This document shows positions 26,501 to 39,460 of a DNA stretch of 64,000 nt, in pieces; within the stretch, counting starts at the first letter, position 1; every line of letters starts with the position of its first letter. A program made the position numbers and the translations under genes. The notes under the pieces are model-generated. The model made no database searches and had not been told where the DNA came from. It saw nothing but the letters and a program-made list of their open reading frames with translations. Source of the stretch: Ylistrum balloti (Eukaryota); the NCBI RefSeq assembly GCF_031769215.1, contig NW_026782003.1:1-64000 (forward strand), written 5' to 3'.

Positions 26501-29500
26501 TACCATTTCAGTATATGTTAACGTTTTGATATTATCATAATTGGGGGGTTCCTGAAACAAATAATGAAAGCCAAAAGCAACGTTAATGAAATAGATATCT
26601 CCACAAACTAAATTACACTATTAAAACAACAAACAAAAGAAAAAAGATTTAGGATACAGAGACACATTTGTAAATAATCGACTAAAATTATCCACTTTAT
26701 TACCTTTCCCAGATTATCATCGACTTCCTGTATAACCCTGTCACAGATGTCTGGATGGATGGCCAAGTGATAAAAGACGAAAGTCATGGTAAGAGACGAC
26801 GTATCATACCCCGCAAGGAAAAACACAAGTGCTTGAGACCTTATCTCCCCGTCAGTAAGAGCTGAAATAGCACATATAAACTATGGTGTAATACAGATTC
26901 CAAAAACGTTTTGTCCGCAAAACATTTTATCGTAGAACAGAAAAGAATTCTTTGTCATTTAATGGATAATCAGAACTCCATTCCAATCATAAAACAAGCC
27001 AGATACATATAAAATTGATGGTAGAATTCATATAAAATTGTTCATTTACAGTTGCAGTTTAAAGGTAAACCTTAGTAGCGGTGGAAAAAAATATGTGTTT
27101 AGCAAATGGTTTTCTGCAGGACATGAGTGCATTATGGAGGTCATCACAATGGAGGGGTGTTGTAACACAATCGGAAACAGAGTATAGTATTTGTTGTATG
27201 AAGTATGATGACATGGATGACCACGTTTATATCTGCATTACATTCGTGGATAATCGGTTGTATTACTAGAATACTGACCATTCCTAGATGAAAATTTGCT
27301 GGTAGTCTTGTCTTCAGTTTTAGTAACTTCTTCATTAGCAGCCTGTGCATGTGCCATGAGTTCTAAAAAATCTGCATGGCTCTGCAAAAAATAAGATGTG
27401 TCAGTATTATTTCCAATGTTAGCTGCACAGACCCCACAGGTTTTCTAGGTAAATGCCATACAACTTTCACAAACTTTCAATCATTTGTCATATAAACTAC
27501 ATACATCATTTTGCTTTTAGTTCCAGACTATATTAACAACGTATAAGAATAGCCGAGTTCAAGGATTTTAATTGTTTCTATTACTTTGACATACCCCTGG
27601 ATTTTGTCGTCTTTCTTTCAGCGCTGCTTCAGTTACAGACACAAAGAAATTTGATGCGTTTTTAGTCAGATTGAGTCCGATTAAGTGGAGGACGGTCCGG
27701 AGGCCCCGAAAATGGGTTAGGAACGGCAAAAACACTATTAAAACAACAATATGTATTTACGTAACAAACATCTACCACGTAGAGAAACACCGACACACCG
27801 TATTACCCAGGTATTATGGTTATTATCCTTTCAATCAAATTAAGAATTTTATACAATAAAGCCAAGATATTCAATGACTTGTCAATGAGACTTAGGGTCT
27901 AACTGGGAATAATTGGTCGAAATAAATGTCTATAAACAAAATGTACTAACCCCTAAAAGTAATAAATGTTAAGGAATTTGAATAATACATATTTTAAACT
28001 GTACTGTTATTGGAATGAATTAAAACATGAAATGCAGATTGCAACAGACAGACTGAAAGTTCTCCATTAGTGTCTATCATACGCAATCTCGAAAAATGTT
28101 CTTAAGTTCCCAAAAATATACCACAGCACGAGTAAAACATATCTTTCCTATCATTTGTGTTTCTTTCAAAATGGATAACATATGCTAATGTCTGTAAACG
28201 ATGTGAATTGGTTCTTGAGATGAGAAGTGCTTCTTATACATAATACCAGTACATCAATATTGCAATCGAGTTATTCAACTCAACCACAGGCAAATATTAT
28301 TTGTGGCTATACCTGTGTATACGGCATCCCGACGTTCACCAAAGCATCACTAAAATCGTCTTAGCAGTTACAGGTATTAACAAGATATGTCAATATGTCT
28401 TTTGATATTGTTTGTTTATATTCTATTACTTATTTCAGTGTATTAAATACTCCGAAGGAGCTCAAAATGAAGTTTCTGAAATTGAGATTAACAAACGATA
28501 TATTATCGTTTTATAAAATCAACCTGTTAAATGACACAAAAAGTATCTTTACAGTATGATTCGCTTTACAAAACGTCATTAATTTTGATAAACGGTGAGG
28601 TCTGATAAACAAAGTATCATTAATGCAAAATTAACTACCGATAGATAATGCTAATGAAATCATATTGAGAAAAATCAAGTTTCATGACAAATAGATTTCC
28701 ATATTATTTTGATTTATAAAGATCATCTGATGACTGACACAATATTGAATGTAAGGTACGATTAACAACATCAAACATCAATTCTTTAACTTACTGTATA
28801 TTGCCATCAGCAATCCCATGATTTTAGAATTTGAGAAGGATTTGGCATGCTTTATAAATGGATCATTTGAGTCTTTTTGAGAATTTATTTCCAACCCAAA
28901 TGATGTTCTGGCAATGACATCCATTGTAAAGGCACCAAAGGTTCTGCAAAAGTCGAGTATACAATGTACTTACATCACTACCACCTTGATGCCTATCAAA
29001 GTATTTTCACATATGTAAGATTTAACATATACATGCATGATGAGATCAAATTAGTTAGACGTCTAAATTGAAAATTTACTTAGATACAATAAGCTATGAA
29101 ATTATAGGTTTGAATCAAATGTCCATCCATATCAAGCCAAAATGTGATAATTAAATTAGTGTCTGCATGTAAGCATATGCAAGGATGTTACTCGAAAGTA
29201 TTGATATCAGCGTACGGTCTCATCAAAACCAAAGTAAGATGAGATTCACATTACACTACAGTTACATTTTGGCAAGCAATTTCAATCATTGTCATAATGA
29301 GGTAACTTACTCTTTCAGGTTGGTGTCTTCATTATTATTTGCCATCGTTTCTAAATTTTTCAACAATAAGTCTTGCGCTTGCCTTATAAGTGGTGACATC
29401 TGAAACATTTGACAAAGACATTGAAAATAGAACATAAATACTGTAGTGTCAAATTGAAAACAATTCATTGTAAAGGAATAAATAAATCTATCTTACTATT

Positions 29501-32500
29501 CGGATTGAGTTTTGTAAATATGTTTAAGAAGATCCTTGTCTTGAGTACAAACAGGTATTAAAAACTATTTTAGAGCTTTCGTAAACGCCTTTTCACTTCA
29601 TTGGGCAGAGTGCAAATGACCACGTTATGACGTCAATGTTCGGCGAATAGTCCAAAGTGTGAACTCAGCTGACACCTGTCAATGGCACTCAATCTGAGAG
29701 ATGGTCTGTGTTTATCCATTCTGCTCCTTATTGCAACAGCCAATAGAGATATACATCTTCTTGGAGGGGTTTATCTGTACTGATTATGTAGTTTGTCTTT
29801 TTTCTTTACATAACATCTACAAACCATTTCTAGCAAATTCATTCAAGTGGTTATGGATGGTGTTTTGATATAAAAAATATTTGAAATTATTTCAGAATTC
29901 CTTACGATGCTCTTAAGATGAAATCTACATGTTTTTCTTACCAGATATTTTGAAAATTTAATCAAAGAATATCATCCTTGTAAATGAAGTGTATTATGAG
30001 ACGCGGTTAGGGTTAGGTTAGGTTTGTGTCTAACAAAAGGATTTGTACAGAAAACAAGCGGGCAGAAAATAAAATTTCAAAATTTTGCAATTAAAGTTGC
30101 AAATCAAATGTTGCCTTTCTAACAGCCCCAAAGGAAGAACCATAAGACCTCTCTGGTCCAACAGAAAGTTATTCATTGATCGCCTGCCTTTAAATCAGAT
30201 GCAGTGGTATTCTGCAGATATGTATTTGGTGTTCTCGTTTCTGCATGTGCCCACATTGTTTTGCCTTTTCATTATTACATTCAGATATCGTACAAATTCA
30301 ATGTGTCCTCAAACATACTATACAGTATATTGCTTATTAAATTCTGTTTAATAGGTCACGTGTCTGAGGATTGGAACGAAGTGTTATCTGTAAAGATATT
30401 CCTAGGTCCGTGCTTTCCATTTATTTTGTGATTAAGAAATGTATCTGGATAAGGGAATCCTGTTGCTTGTTTAAAAACTTCTAAAATATTTTTGATGTAA
30501 ACGGTGACAACTCGTCCTCACTAATGGTATCTAATTAGCTGTGTGTAATTGGGTAACACACGATCAGTGATTCTCATGAATCCGCACAATATGTGACCTC
30601 TCCAAAGACAAAAAAATATAAGGTGGAAGGCGTTTATCACATACAAACCTATATTCCTTATACATACCTCTCTTAATTTTTTTCCGCTGAATGTTGGTGT
30701 AATAATGTTTCTGACAAATCGCCAATGGTCATCTTTGAGTGCCAAAAGAGATTCATTCATCTTCGGGTCATCCAGCTGACCAAAATCCTAAGAAAACAAT
30801 ATTACACGAACATGTTATATTGTTCAGTTGTCTTATCAAGTAACAATACGTATTGTATCATTAATAGCAGAATATATTTACTATATAATAAAAAATAGGT
30901 GCAGTTAACTGATGTTGCAGTCAGTATAGTGAGTTATGTATAGTTCCTATGCCATCAAGCTTTCGGTATCTAATCATGAGATTTTAAAGGGACGATTAAG
31001 TCAAATCGATTTTTTTTATTTCAGAGATTCCATGAATAATACTTTTTATACTACTTACTAACAACTCGTACAGGAATTGAAAATGGCCGCCTCTTTCTTT
31101 GTATTCCATAAATAGTTGCTCACAATGACCTTCGCCTATTCTTTATTTATCTGTTCTTATTACTGCACCAGATATTGCAACTTTAAACACATTACTAATT
31201 ATGCCAACGCAAATTGATTGTACAAACCCTCCTATTGACAAAACTGTTGAAATCTTTGACTAAAACGTCTTTTATCAATTTCGGGTCAGCAATATACAGG
31301 GTAGGAAATTTCCCTTCAAAAGTCCTGGTGGAGGAGAAAAATATAATCATTACTATTCATAAAAGGAGAGGTTAATAAAGATTTTATTTTAAAAAAATAA
31401 AGTTTTACAGGACTATTTTGTTGATAACCGTATTTAATTTCTTTTTCAAATTGCTCTTTGATATTCGGGGATGCACAAGTTGTACTGTTTATTTCACTTA
31501 CCCAAACATTTTGCCATACTTTCTGCAAAGGTCAACCTCAGCCTTGACCGCTCCCTGTAATAAAGTCACTCAAAATTGTTACGTGAAGCCGAAAAGAAAT
31601 GTCGATTAATTTTACAGCTGAATAGGGATTACACTAAGTCAAAACAATTGGTTTTATAGTCCAATGCACGTAAGAAACGGACTATTTTACATTTGCACTA
31701 TTCCACTAGTATTAGATAGTCTTAGACGTATCTTATATATTCTCATAGACAAGTAATGTTCGGGTTAAAAATAAACTGTTTTATTTTTTGTAAATGTTAA
31801 ATTATAAAACAGGACAATTTTTCTCTTACATTTGTAGATAGATACAAACCTCTTTCATAAATAGCCCCAAATTTCCCAAGATATAGGAAGGTTTTGGACC
31901 ATCCAGGCCCATCTTTTTGAAGATATTGTAATCCCAGGACATGTACCTACAAATAATTTTATCGCATAAACGGTAACCAAAGCATGCGTGTCATTACTAT
32001 ATATGTAATGGATATGACACAATTGATATTTGAAAAAAAAACATAGCCTCTTCATCTACAGACCGGACATGAAAGGGTACGATAAAATATCATATTAATA
32101 TGTAAACACTTTCCTAACGTAAATCAACATACTGAACAATAGATAATTGACATCGTGTCAAACATACATACCATCTGTACAAATATAGCGTGTTAAATAT
32201 ACCTTACATATGCACAATCATGATATCGTGTCATATCAACTTATTATTTGTACAAACATGATTTCATATAGCTACATAGTCTGTACAAGGCATATAACAT
32301 AAAGGGTCTATCCACCTCTCCCAACACTCTAGATCTATAATAGTTATATAACATAGGGGGTCTATCCACCTCTCCCAACACTCTAGATCTATAATAGATA
32401 TATAACACAGGGGGTATATCCTCCTCCCTCAACACTCTAGATCTAGGATAGATATATAACATTGGGGTCTATCCACCTCTCTCAACGCTCTAGGTCTATA

Positions 32501-35500
32501 ATAGATATATAACATTTGGGTATATCCACGGTTCCCAACACTCTAAATATGTAATAGTTATATAACATAGGGGGTCTATCCACCACTCCCAACACTCTAG
32601 ATCTATAATAGTTATATAACATAGGGGTCTATCCACCTCTCACAACACTCTAGTCTTTAATAGATATATAACATAGTGGTCTATCCACCTCTCAAAACAC
32701 AATAGATAAATACTAGTTATATAACATAGGGAGTCTATCCACCACTCCCAACACTCTAGATCTATAATAGTTATATAACATAGGGGTCTATCCACCTCTC
32801 ACAACACTCTAGTCTTTAATAGATATATAACATAGTGGTCTATCCACCTCTCAAAACACAATAGATAAATACTAGTTATATAACATAGGGAGTCTATCCA
32901 CCACTCCCAACACTCTAGATCTAAAATAGTTATATAACATAGGGAGTCTATCCACCACTCCCAACACTCTAGATTTAAAATAGTTATATAACATAGTGGT
33001 CTATCCACCTCTCAAAACACAATAGATGAATACTAGTTATATAACATAGGGGGCCTATCCTCCTCCCTCAACACTCTAGATCTATGATAGATATATAACA
33101 TTGGGGGGTCTATCCACCTCTCCCAACACTCTAGATCTATAATAGATATATAACATAGGGGGTCTATCCTCCTCCCTCAACACTCTAGATCTATAATAGT
33201 TATATAACATAGGGGTCTATCCACCTCTCCCAACACTCTAGATCTATAATAGGTATATAACATAGGGGGTCTATCCACCTCTCCCAACACTCTAGATCTA
33301 TAATAGTTATATAACATAGGGGGTCTATCCACCTCTCCCAACACTCTAGATCTATAATAGATATATACCATAGGGGGTCTATCTACCTCTCCCAACACTC
33401 TAGATCTATAATAGATATATAACATAGGGGTCTATACACCTCTCACAACACTCTAGATCTATAATAGTTATATACCATAGGGGGTCTATCCACCTCTCCC
33501 AACACTCTAGATCTATGATAGTTATATACCATAGGGGGTCTATCCACCTCTCCCAACACTCTAGATCTATAATAGTTATATACCATAGGGGGTCTATCTA
33601 CCTCTCCCAACACTCTAGATCTATAATAGTTATATAACATAGGGGGTCTATCCACCTCTCCCAACACTCTAGATCTATGATAGAAATATAACATAGGGGT
33701 CTATCCACCTCTCCCAACACTCTAGGTCTATAATAGATATATAACATAGGGGGTCTATCCACCACTCCCAACGCTCTAGATCTATAATAGATATATACAT
33801 AGGGGGTCTATCCACCTCTCACAACACTCTAGATCTACTGTTGATCGATAATAGTTATATAACATAGGGGGGGGGGTCTATCCACCTCTCACAACACTCT
33901 AGATCTATAATAGATATATAACATAGGGGGTCTATCCACCTCTCCCAACACTCTAGATCTATAATAGGTATATAACATAGGGGGTATATCCACCTCTCCC
34001 AACACTCTAGATCTATAACAGTTATATAACATAGGGGGTCTATCCACCTCTCCCAACTCTCTAGGTCTATAAAAGTGATATAACATAGGGGGTCTATCCA
34101 CCTCTCACAACACTCTAGATCTATGAAAGTTATATAACATAGGGAGTCTATCCACCTCTCTCAACACTCTAGATCTATAACAGATATATAACATAGGGGG
34201 TCTATCCACCTCTCACAACACTCTAGGTCTATAATAGTTATATAACATAGGGGTCTATCCACCTCTCCCAACACTCTAGATCTATAATAGATATATAACA
34301 CAGGGGGTCTATCTCCTCCCTCAACACTCTAGATCTATAATAGTTATATAACATAGGGGTCTATCCACCTCTCCCAACACTCTAGATCTATAATAGGTAT
34401 ATAACATAGGGGGTCTATCCACCTCTCCCAACACTCTAGATCTATAATAGTTATATAACATAGGGGGTCTATCCACCTCTCACAACACTCTAGATCTATG
34501 ATAGAAATATAACATAGGGGGTCTATCCACCTCTCCCAACACTCTAGATCTATAATAGGTATATAAGATAGGGGGTCTATCCACCTCTCCCAACACTCTA
34601 GATCTATAATAGTTATATAACATAGGGGGTCTATCCACCTCTCACAACACTCTAGATCTATGATAGAAATATAACATAGGGGGTCTATCCACCTCTCCCA
34701 ACACTCTAGATCTATAATAGTTATATAACATAGGGGGTCTATCCACCTCTCACAACACTCTAGATCTATGATAGAAATATAACATAGGGGGTCTATCCAC
34801 CTCTCCCAACACTCTAGATCTATAATAGATATATACATAGGGGGTCTATCCACCTCTCCCAACACTCTAGGTCTATAATAGATATATAACATAGGGGGTC
34901 TATCCACCACTCCCAACGCTCTAGATCTATAATAGATATATACATAGGGGGTCTATCCACCTCTCACAACACTCTAGATCTACTGTTGATCTATAATAGT
35001 TATATAACATAGGGGGGGGGGGGGGTCTATCCACCTCTCACAACACTCTAGATCTATAATAGATATATAACATAGGGGGTCTATCCACCTCTTCCAACAC
35101 TCTAGATCTATAATAGGTATATAACATAGGGGGTATATCCACCTCTCCCAACACTCTAGATCTATAACAGTTATATAACATAGGGGGTCTATCCACCTCT
35201 CCCAACTCTCTAGGTCTATAAAAGTTATATAACATAGGGGGTCTATTCACCTCTCACAACACTCTAGATCTATGAAAGTTATATAACATAGGGAGTCTAT
35301 CCACCTCTCTCAACACTCTAGATCTATAACAGATATATAACATAGGGGGTCTATCCACCTCTCACAACACTCTAGGTCTATAATAGTTATATAATATAGG
35401 GGTCTATCCACCTCTCCCAACACTCTAGATCTATAATAGATATATAACATAGGGGTCTATCCACCTTTCCCAACACTCTAGGTCTATAATAGATATATAA

Positions 35501-35956
35501 CATATGGGGTCTATCCACCTCTCATAACACTCTAGATCTATAATAGTTATATAACATAGGGGTCTATCCACCTCTCATAACACTCTAGATCTATAATAGT
35601 TATATAACATAGGGGTCTATCCACCTCTCCCAACACCCTAGGTCTATAATAGATATATAACACAGGGGGTCTATCCTCCTCCGTCAACACTCTAGATCTA
35701 TAATAGTTATATAACATAGGGGTCTATCCACCTCTCACAACACTCTAGATCTATAATAGATATATAACACAGGGGGTCTATCCACCTCTCCCAACACTCT
35801 AGATCTATAATAGTTATATAACATAGGGGGTCTATCCACTTCTCACAACATCCTTTCGACTTATACTACTTACGTGAGGTATGCTACTATCATAGCAACA
35901 AACAGAATGAGGAGCTGGCCCCATAAAGGAATATCCACCAATCCTAACACCAACAT
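23527..35956 (-). CDS. CYP3A: Cytochrome P450, clan 3 (CYP3A-like), 14 exons, 518 aa
   Basis: Exons (minus strand): 35956..35874, 31946..31850, 31554..31502, 31324..31228, 30787..30668, 29399..29311, 28943..28795, 27734..27595, 27381..27279, 26861..26704, 26551..26463, 25535..25398, 24466..24304, 23604..23527. Total 1557 nt, all phases consistent. Motifs: N-terminal anchor, GPKP, I-helix AGYDTS, EETLR, PERF split across an intron, heme [10 protein letters not shown]. The symbol is family-level only, not an orthology call. Confidence 0.95.
32292..35850. repeat. ~54-bp minisatellite, ~66 copies, filling most of CYP intron 1
   Basis: Unit AACATAGGGGGTCTATCCACCTCTCCCAACACTCTAGATCTATAATAGTTATAT with a variable G-run. 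It accounts for the repetitive ORFs at 32244..35250. Confidence 0.97.
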
Positions 35957-36084
35957 TTTTCTGCTGATCTGATGATCTTCACCCTGTAATGACAAGCCAT
36001 TTCAACCTTTACTTTAGGCTTTCCACTTCTTGATGTGTTGTACACATCCCTATAGACACGTATCTGGATGGTAATGACTGTGAT

Positions 36085-36430
36085 GTGCGAATGAAATGGT
36101 GGTGATTATGTTATGATTTTTAAGTCTATCGCCGATGCATATTTTCTAACGTTATATTCATTCGAGATGATTCGAAACATATGGCCACATAAAGGCTGGG
36201 GTATCCAGGGAAAATGGTGCTGTATAAGACAAAAGCCTGTGAAAAAGGTAAAGATCACAGAAGATAAAGGTGGGCCAAAAAACCTCAAGAAAATACCAAC
36301 ATCTCAACATAATCACAATTCAAACTCAGATTCAATAAAACCAGGGCAATATATGAACAGTGCGAATGAAATGGTGGTGATTTCGTCCTGGTTTTAAGCC
36401 TATTGCCGGTGCATCTTTTCTAACGTTATA
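36085..36430. repeat. Dispersed ~71-bp direct repeat pair upstream of the CYP
   Basis: 36085..36156 and 36360..36430 both read GTGCGAATGAAATGGTGGTGATT...TAAG.CTAT.GCCG.TGCAT.TTTTCTAACGTTATA. Confidence 0.8.
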
Positions 36431-36806
36431 ACAGTAACAGGCCTTCCACGACAGGCGTCATCCCCAAAGCTCTGTATGCCACGCTTAAATTCCGATCCAC
36501 CTACTTGGTGTGGCATCTGAAGGGGAATCATTCACTAGCGTTGCTTACATTTCAGTATGGATATTCTTAGCTGATAGACCTTTCTTATGCAAATATTGAA
36601 TCACAACTCTCTCTGCGATTTTGCCTATTTAGCAAAAGGCACTTGTCTTGTTTACTTTAGAGTGCTACCTCCTCGACATAAACTGACAGAATGACACCAG
36701 TCTTCGGGCGTATAGTCTTAAACAGTCAAAGAATAGTAGAGTTGAAAACGGACATCCCTACTTCAATTCTTCAATACAATGCCCACAACTTCTCAATAAG
36801 CCCTCG
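36400..36806 (-). mobile_element. Mariner transposon relic: 5' TIR plus N-terminal HTH of the transposase, truncated
   Basis: Minus strand TA|CGAGGGCTTATTGAGAAGTTG at 36808..36786 is TIR-like with a TA target. Peptides RVVIQYLHKKGLSAKNIHTEM*ATLVNDSPSDATPSRW / EFKRGIQSFGDDACRGRP match the mariner N-terminus (R.VI.YL..KG.S...IH, RW..EFKRG, D..R.GRP). Confidence 0.8.
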
Positions 36807-38223
36807 TAGTACCGTCTAGTAAATCATTTATGGTCCTAAACATATAAAAAAAATGTCGACGATCGACAAGGGATGCAAAGCCCGTTTATCATGCAAATGG
36901 TTTTACACCTAGTAACGCAACATAAACTAATCAGCAATACAGCCAAAAACAATTTATAACAATGCTTCCTTGAATTTCAGGTGGATAGCAGTCGTAAAGA
37001 TACATACATAAAACTAAACACGGGTGCAACAACATAGATATATTTTTTCTTACCTTTAACGAGAGACATTTTATAAGTCCACAATATTTGCGAAGAGATC
37101 TTTGGGCCCTGTTCGTTGATACGGACAACCTACTTCTTAATATTTCAAGTCAATAGGCTTCGAAAGCCTTGATCAAAACTCATCAGAAAACACAATTAGG
37201 TATTGTAGCGAGTCTATCCTAATTTTATTAGGTACGAAACCTGCACCAGGTATAAAGTCAAAATCTATATGACTATATATAATCCTGTCTTTGCGGAAGT
37301 TCGACTTCCACAATGTAACTAGAATCTACTTACAACGGCTACACATGCATGCTATTGAAAACCGAAAGCTTGCATTTGTCAAATATACCTGCTACATTTT
37401 ATACATACTTACTCGTTGTCGTCTGCAATTGTTTTCGACAGTCCACAGAAACTAATTTATCTGGAGCTGATTGCCGGGTTTGTCAAGTCTTTACCCGAGT
37501 TGACAGAGGGTTTTGTCTGTTATGTGGTCCTCAATATTGACCTCGACTGTACACGTTTGCATGTTACTATTTATATACAGTTGATACACATATTGGGTAT
37601 GCTGTATCGCGGTGGTATTTTCTGTACCATGTACTCGTGGTCCTTACTAGATGTCAATTAATATTTTATTCCCGTATCTTACCTTATATAGTACAACATC
37701 TGGACTAACAGCACTTTATCAGAAATTGTCACTTCTCAAAATATCCCATTCGTCACCGTTGTTAAAGGTACATATCCTTTTATGGTCATCATTTACTAAG
37801 GACAAATATAGTATCAACTACATATACATACCATATTTGGAATGCAAGGTTTCTCAAAAAGGATCTTAGTCCTTCTCTAGGCGAGGCATATACAAAATGG
37901 GAAAACCTGACCATTGTTGCAACACTGGTCTGAAAGATTTAAAAAATGCTTTGCTATTTTAGTGACAAAGTGTTAGGGTTTGGGATTGATAAAGGCGTCG
38001 TGACCTCATTTATAATTCAATCTATTTCGCTATTTAATGTGATATTATCGTTATCAGTGTTAAGAGTGAAGGTCAATGGTGAAATGATCTCGCTTGTCGG
38101 TGAGTCATACAACTTTACGATAACACACACACGTCCTTTATACAAAACCGTTCTAGACGGGAGACAAATCATATACTCAAAAAAGGTACACGTGGATGGT
38201 TTACATGAAAAGCATGTGTGTAT

Positions 38224-38253
38224 ATACTACTACTACTACTACTACTACTAATA

Positions 38254-38299
<46 letters not shown>

Positions 38300-38310
38300 A
38301 CACACACACA
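38224..38310. repeat. Compound microsatellite (TAC)n-(CT)n-(CA)n
   Basis: Read directly from the sequence. Confidence 0.95.
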
Positions 38311-38639
38311 AACACGCGAACATCAACCTATATCTTTTGAAACCATGTGTTACGAATTTGTACGTCAATTGACAACTTTAAGCACGAAATTCGTGATAAT
38401 GGAAGCAACCCGTGAACATCGAATCAACAGCGACATATTAAAACTACTGACTATGACTATTTTGTCATAGTAAAAACATGTAAACAGAGGAAAACGATGA
38501 AAAGGTATCTGATAAAATGGTCATACGATTGCTATCGTAGAATCGTTGAGACCTCTGACGAACACGAGATGGACAAACAATTGAAGAATTTTTAGTTGAA
38601 CTCTGAACAATTGTCACTATCTGATACTGGATGAGAGTT

Positions 38640-39460
38640 AAAAAGACGTTTTAAAGAATCAGACTCTGTGAAGAACTCTCCTCTATGAACGCCTGTCATC
38701 TGATCACCAACTTCCTCCGTTGCCACTGACCGGTTCGATTTTGGCGACTGTAAAAATTGAGTCTTGTTTTGGCTGACGGATATACGCGACTTTCATCCTG
38801 TTCGCGTAAGTAGGTGCTGGAAAGTGTGTTTGTTAATAGGATTTAACAAAATCACCAAGTGAAAAGGGTGAATTTTGATACTTCAACTTCTGACCGACAC
38901 CAGTTTATGGCTTGTGTAGGATATAGTCGTGTTCGGAGAGTACAAGAACCTTAGTGTTTGCATTCGCCAGTCGTTTTGCTTAAGTCCTCATAATTTTATA
39001 ATTTATGGGCAAGATATTGAAGTCAAGCGGATGGTATGACTAGAGAGCGGATATTTAGGTCGTTGTCCGAATGACACATCATAATCATTCGAACCATTCA
39101 ACGACATCTTCATTGCGAAAATCACTGACGACAAGACCTCCTCCCTTGTAACCTTTCCTGTAATTTCTTTTCCACGATCAGAGATCAAAAGTGTTGCACG
39201 CAAGTGTCACTAATGCCGCCATGTCCTCCCATAAGCCCATCGTGATAAATGTGTAATACAGTATACAGTGAAGTCCGAAGGAGTGAGAGTTGAAATTTGC
39301 TCATATCCATTGTCCGAACCCGAGAATAATCAAGGTATAGTCTTTTTTTTAAGTAAAACACTACACGCCTCCTTCTGTGATTCTGGTAAAATATAAGTCT
39401 TTCCAAACATTTCAAAACATGACTGAGAATGTGAGGCTTCCGATGTGGGGTCACTTAACT
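38640..39460 (-). mobile_element. Highly decayed integrase (Polinton/Maverick-type c-integrase-like) relic
   Basis: Minus-strand peptides in the expected order across frameshifts: RRRVV..., TMDMSKF, LISDRGKEI (DDE region), PFSLGDFVK, IFTV, VGDQMTG. No intact ORF. Confidence 0.45.

Noticed and set aside
34344-34916. 190-aa Cys/Trp-rich ORF and the neighbouring 60-83-aa repetitive ORFs
   Set aside because: These are translations of the 54-bp (18-codon) intronic minisatellite; there are no splice signals or other evidence of coding function.
1-35956. Laccase + P450 as a functional oxidative gene cluster
   Set aside because: Unrelated housekeeping genes (SMIM20, PP2C) are interleaved or adjacent and there is no sequence evidence of co-regulation.
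22806-37186. Other CTGATGAG hammerhead-like cores (22806 on +, 37179 on -)
   Set aside because: Neither is followed by a closed stem II and GAAA.
37349-37540. 63-aa ORF with CxxC-x10-CxxC
   Set aside because: It is short, has no supporting exon structure or recognisable family, and is plausible by chance.
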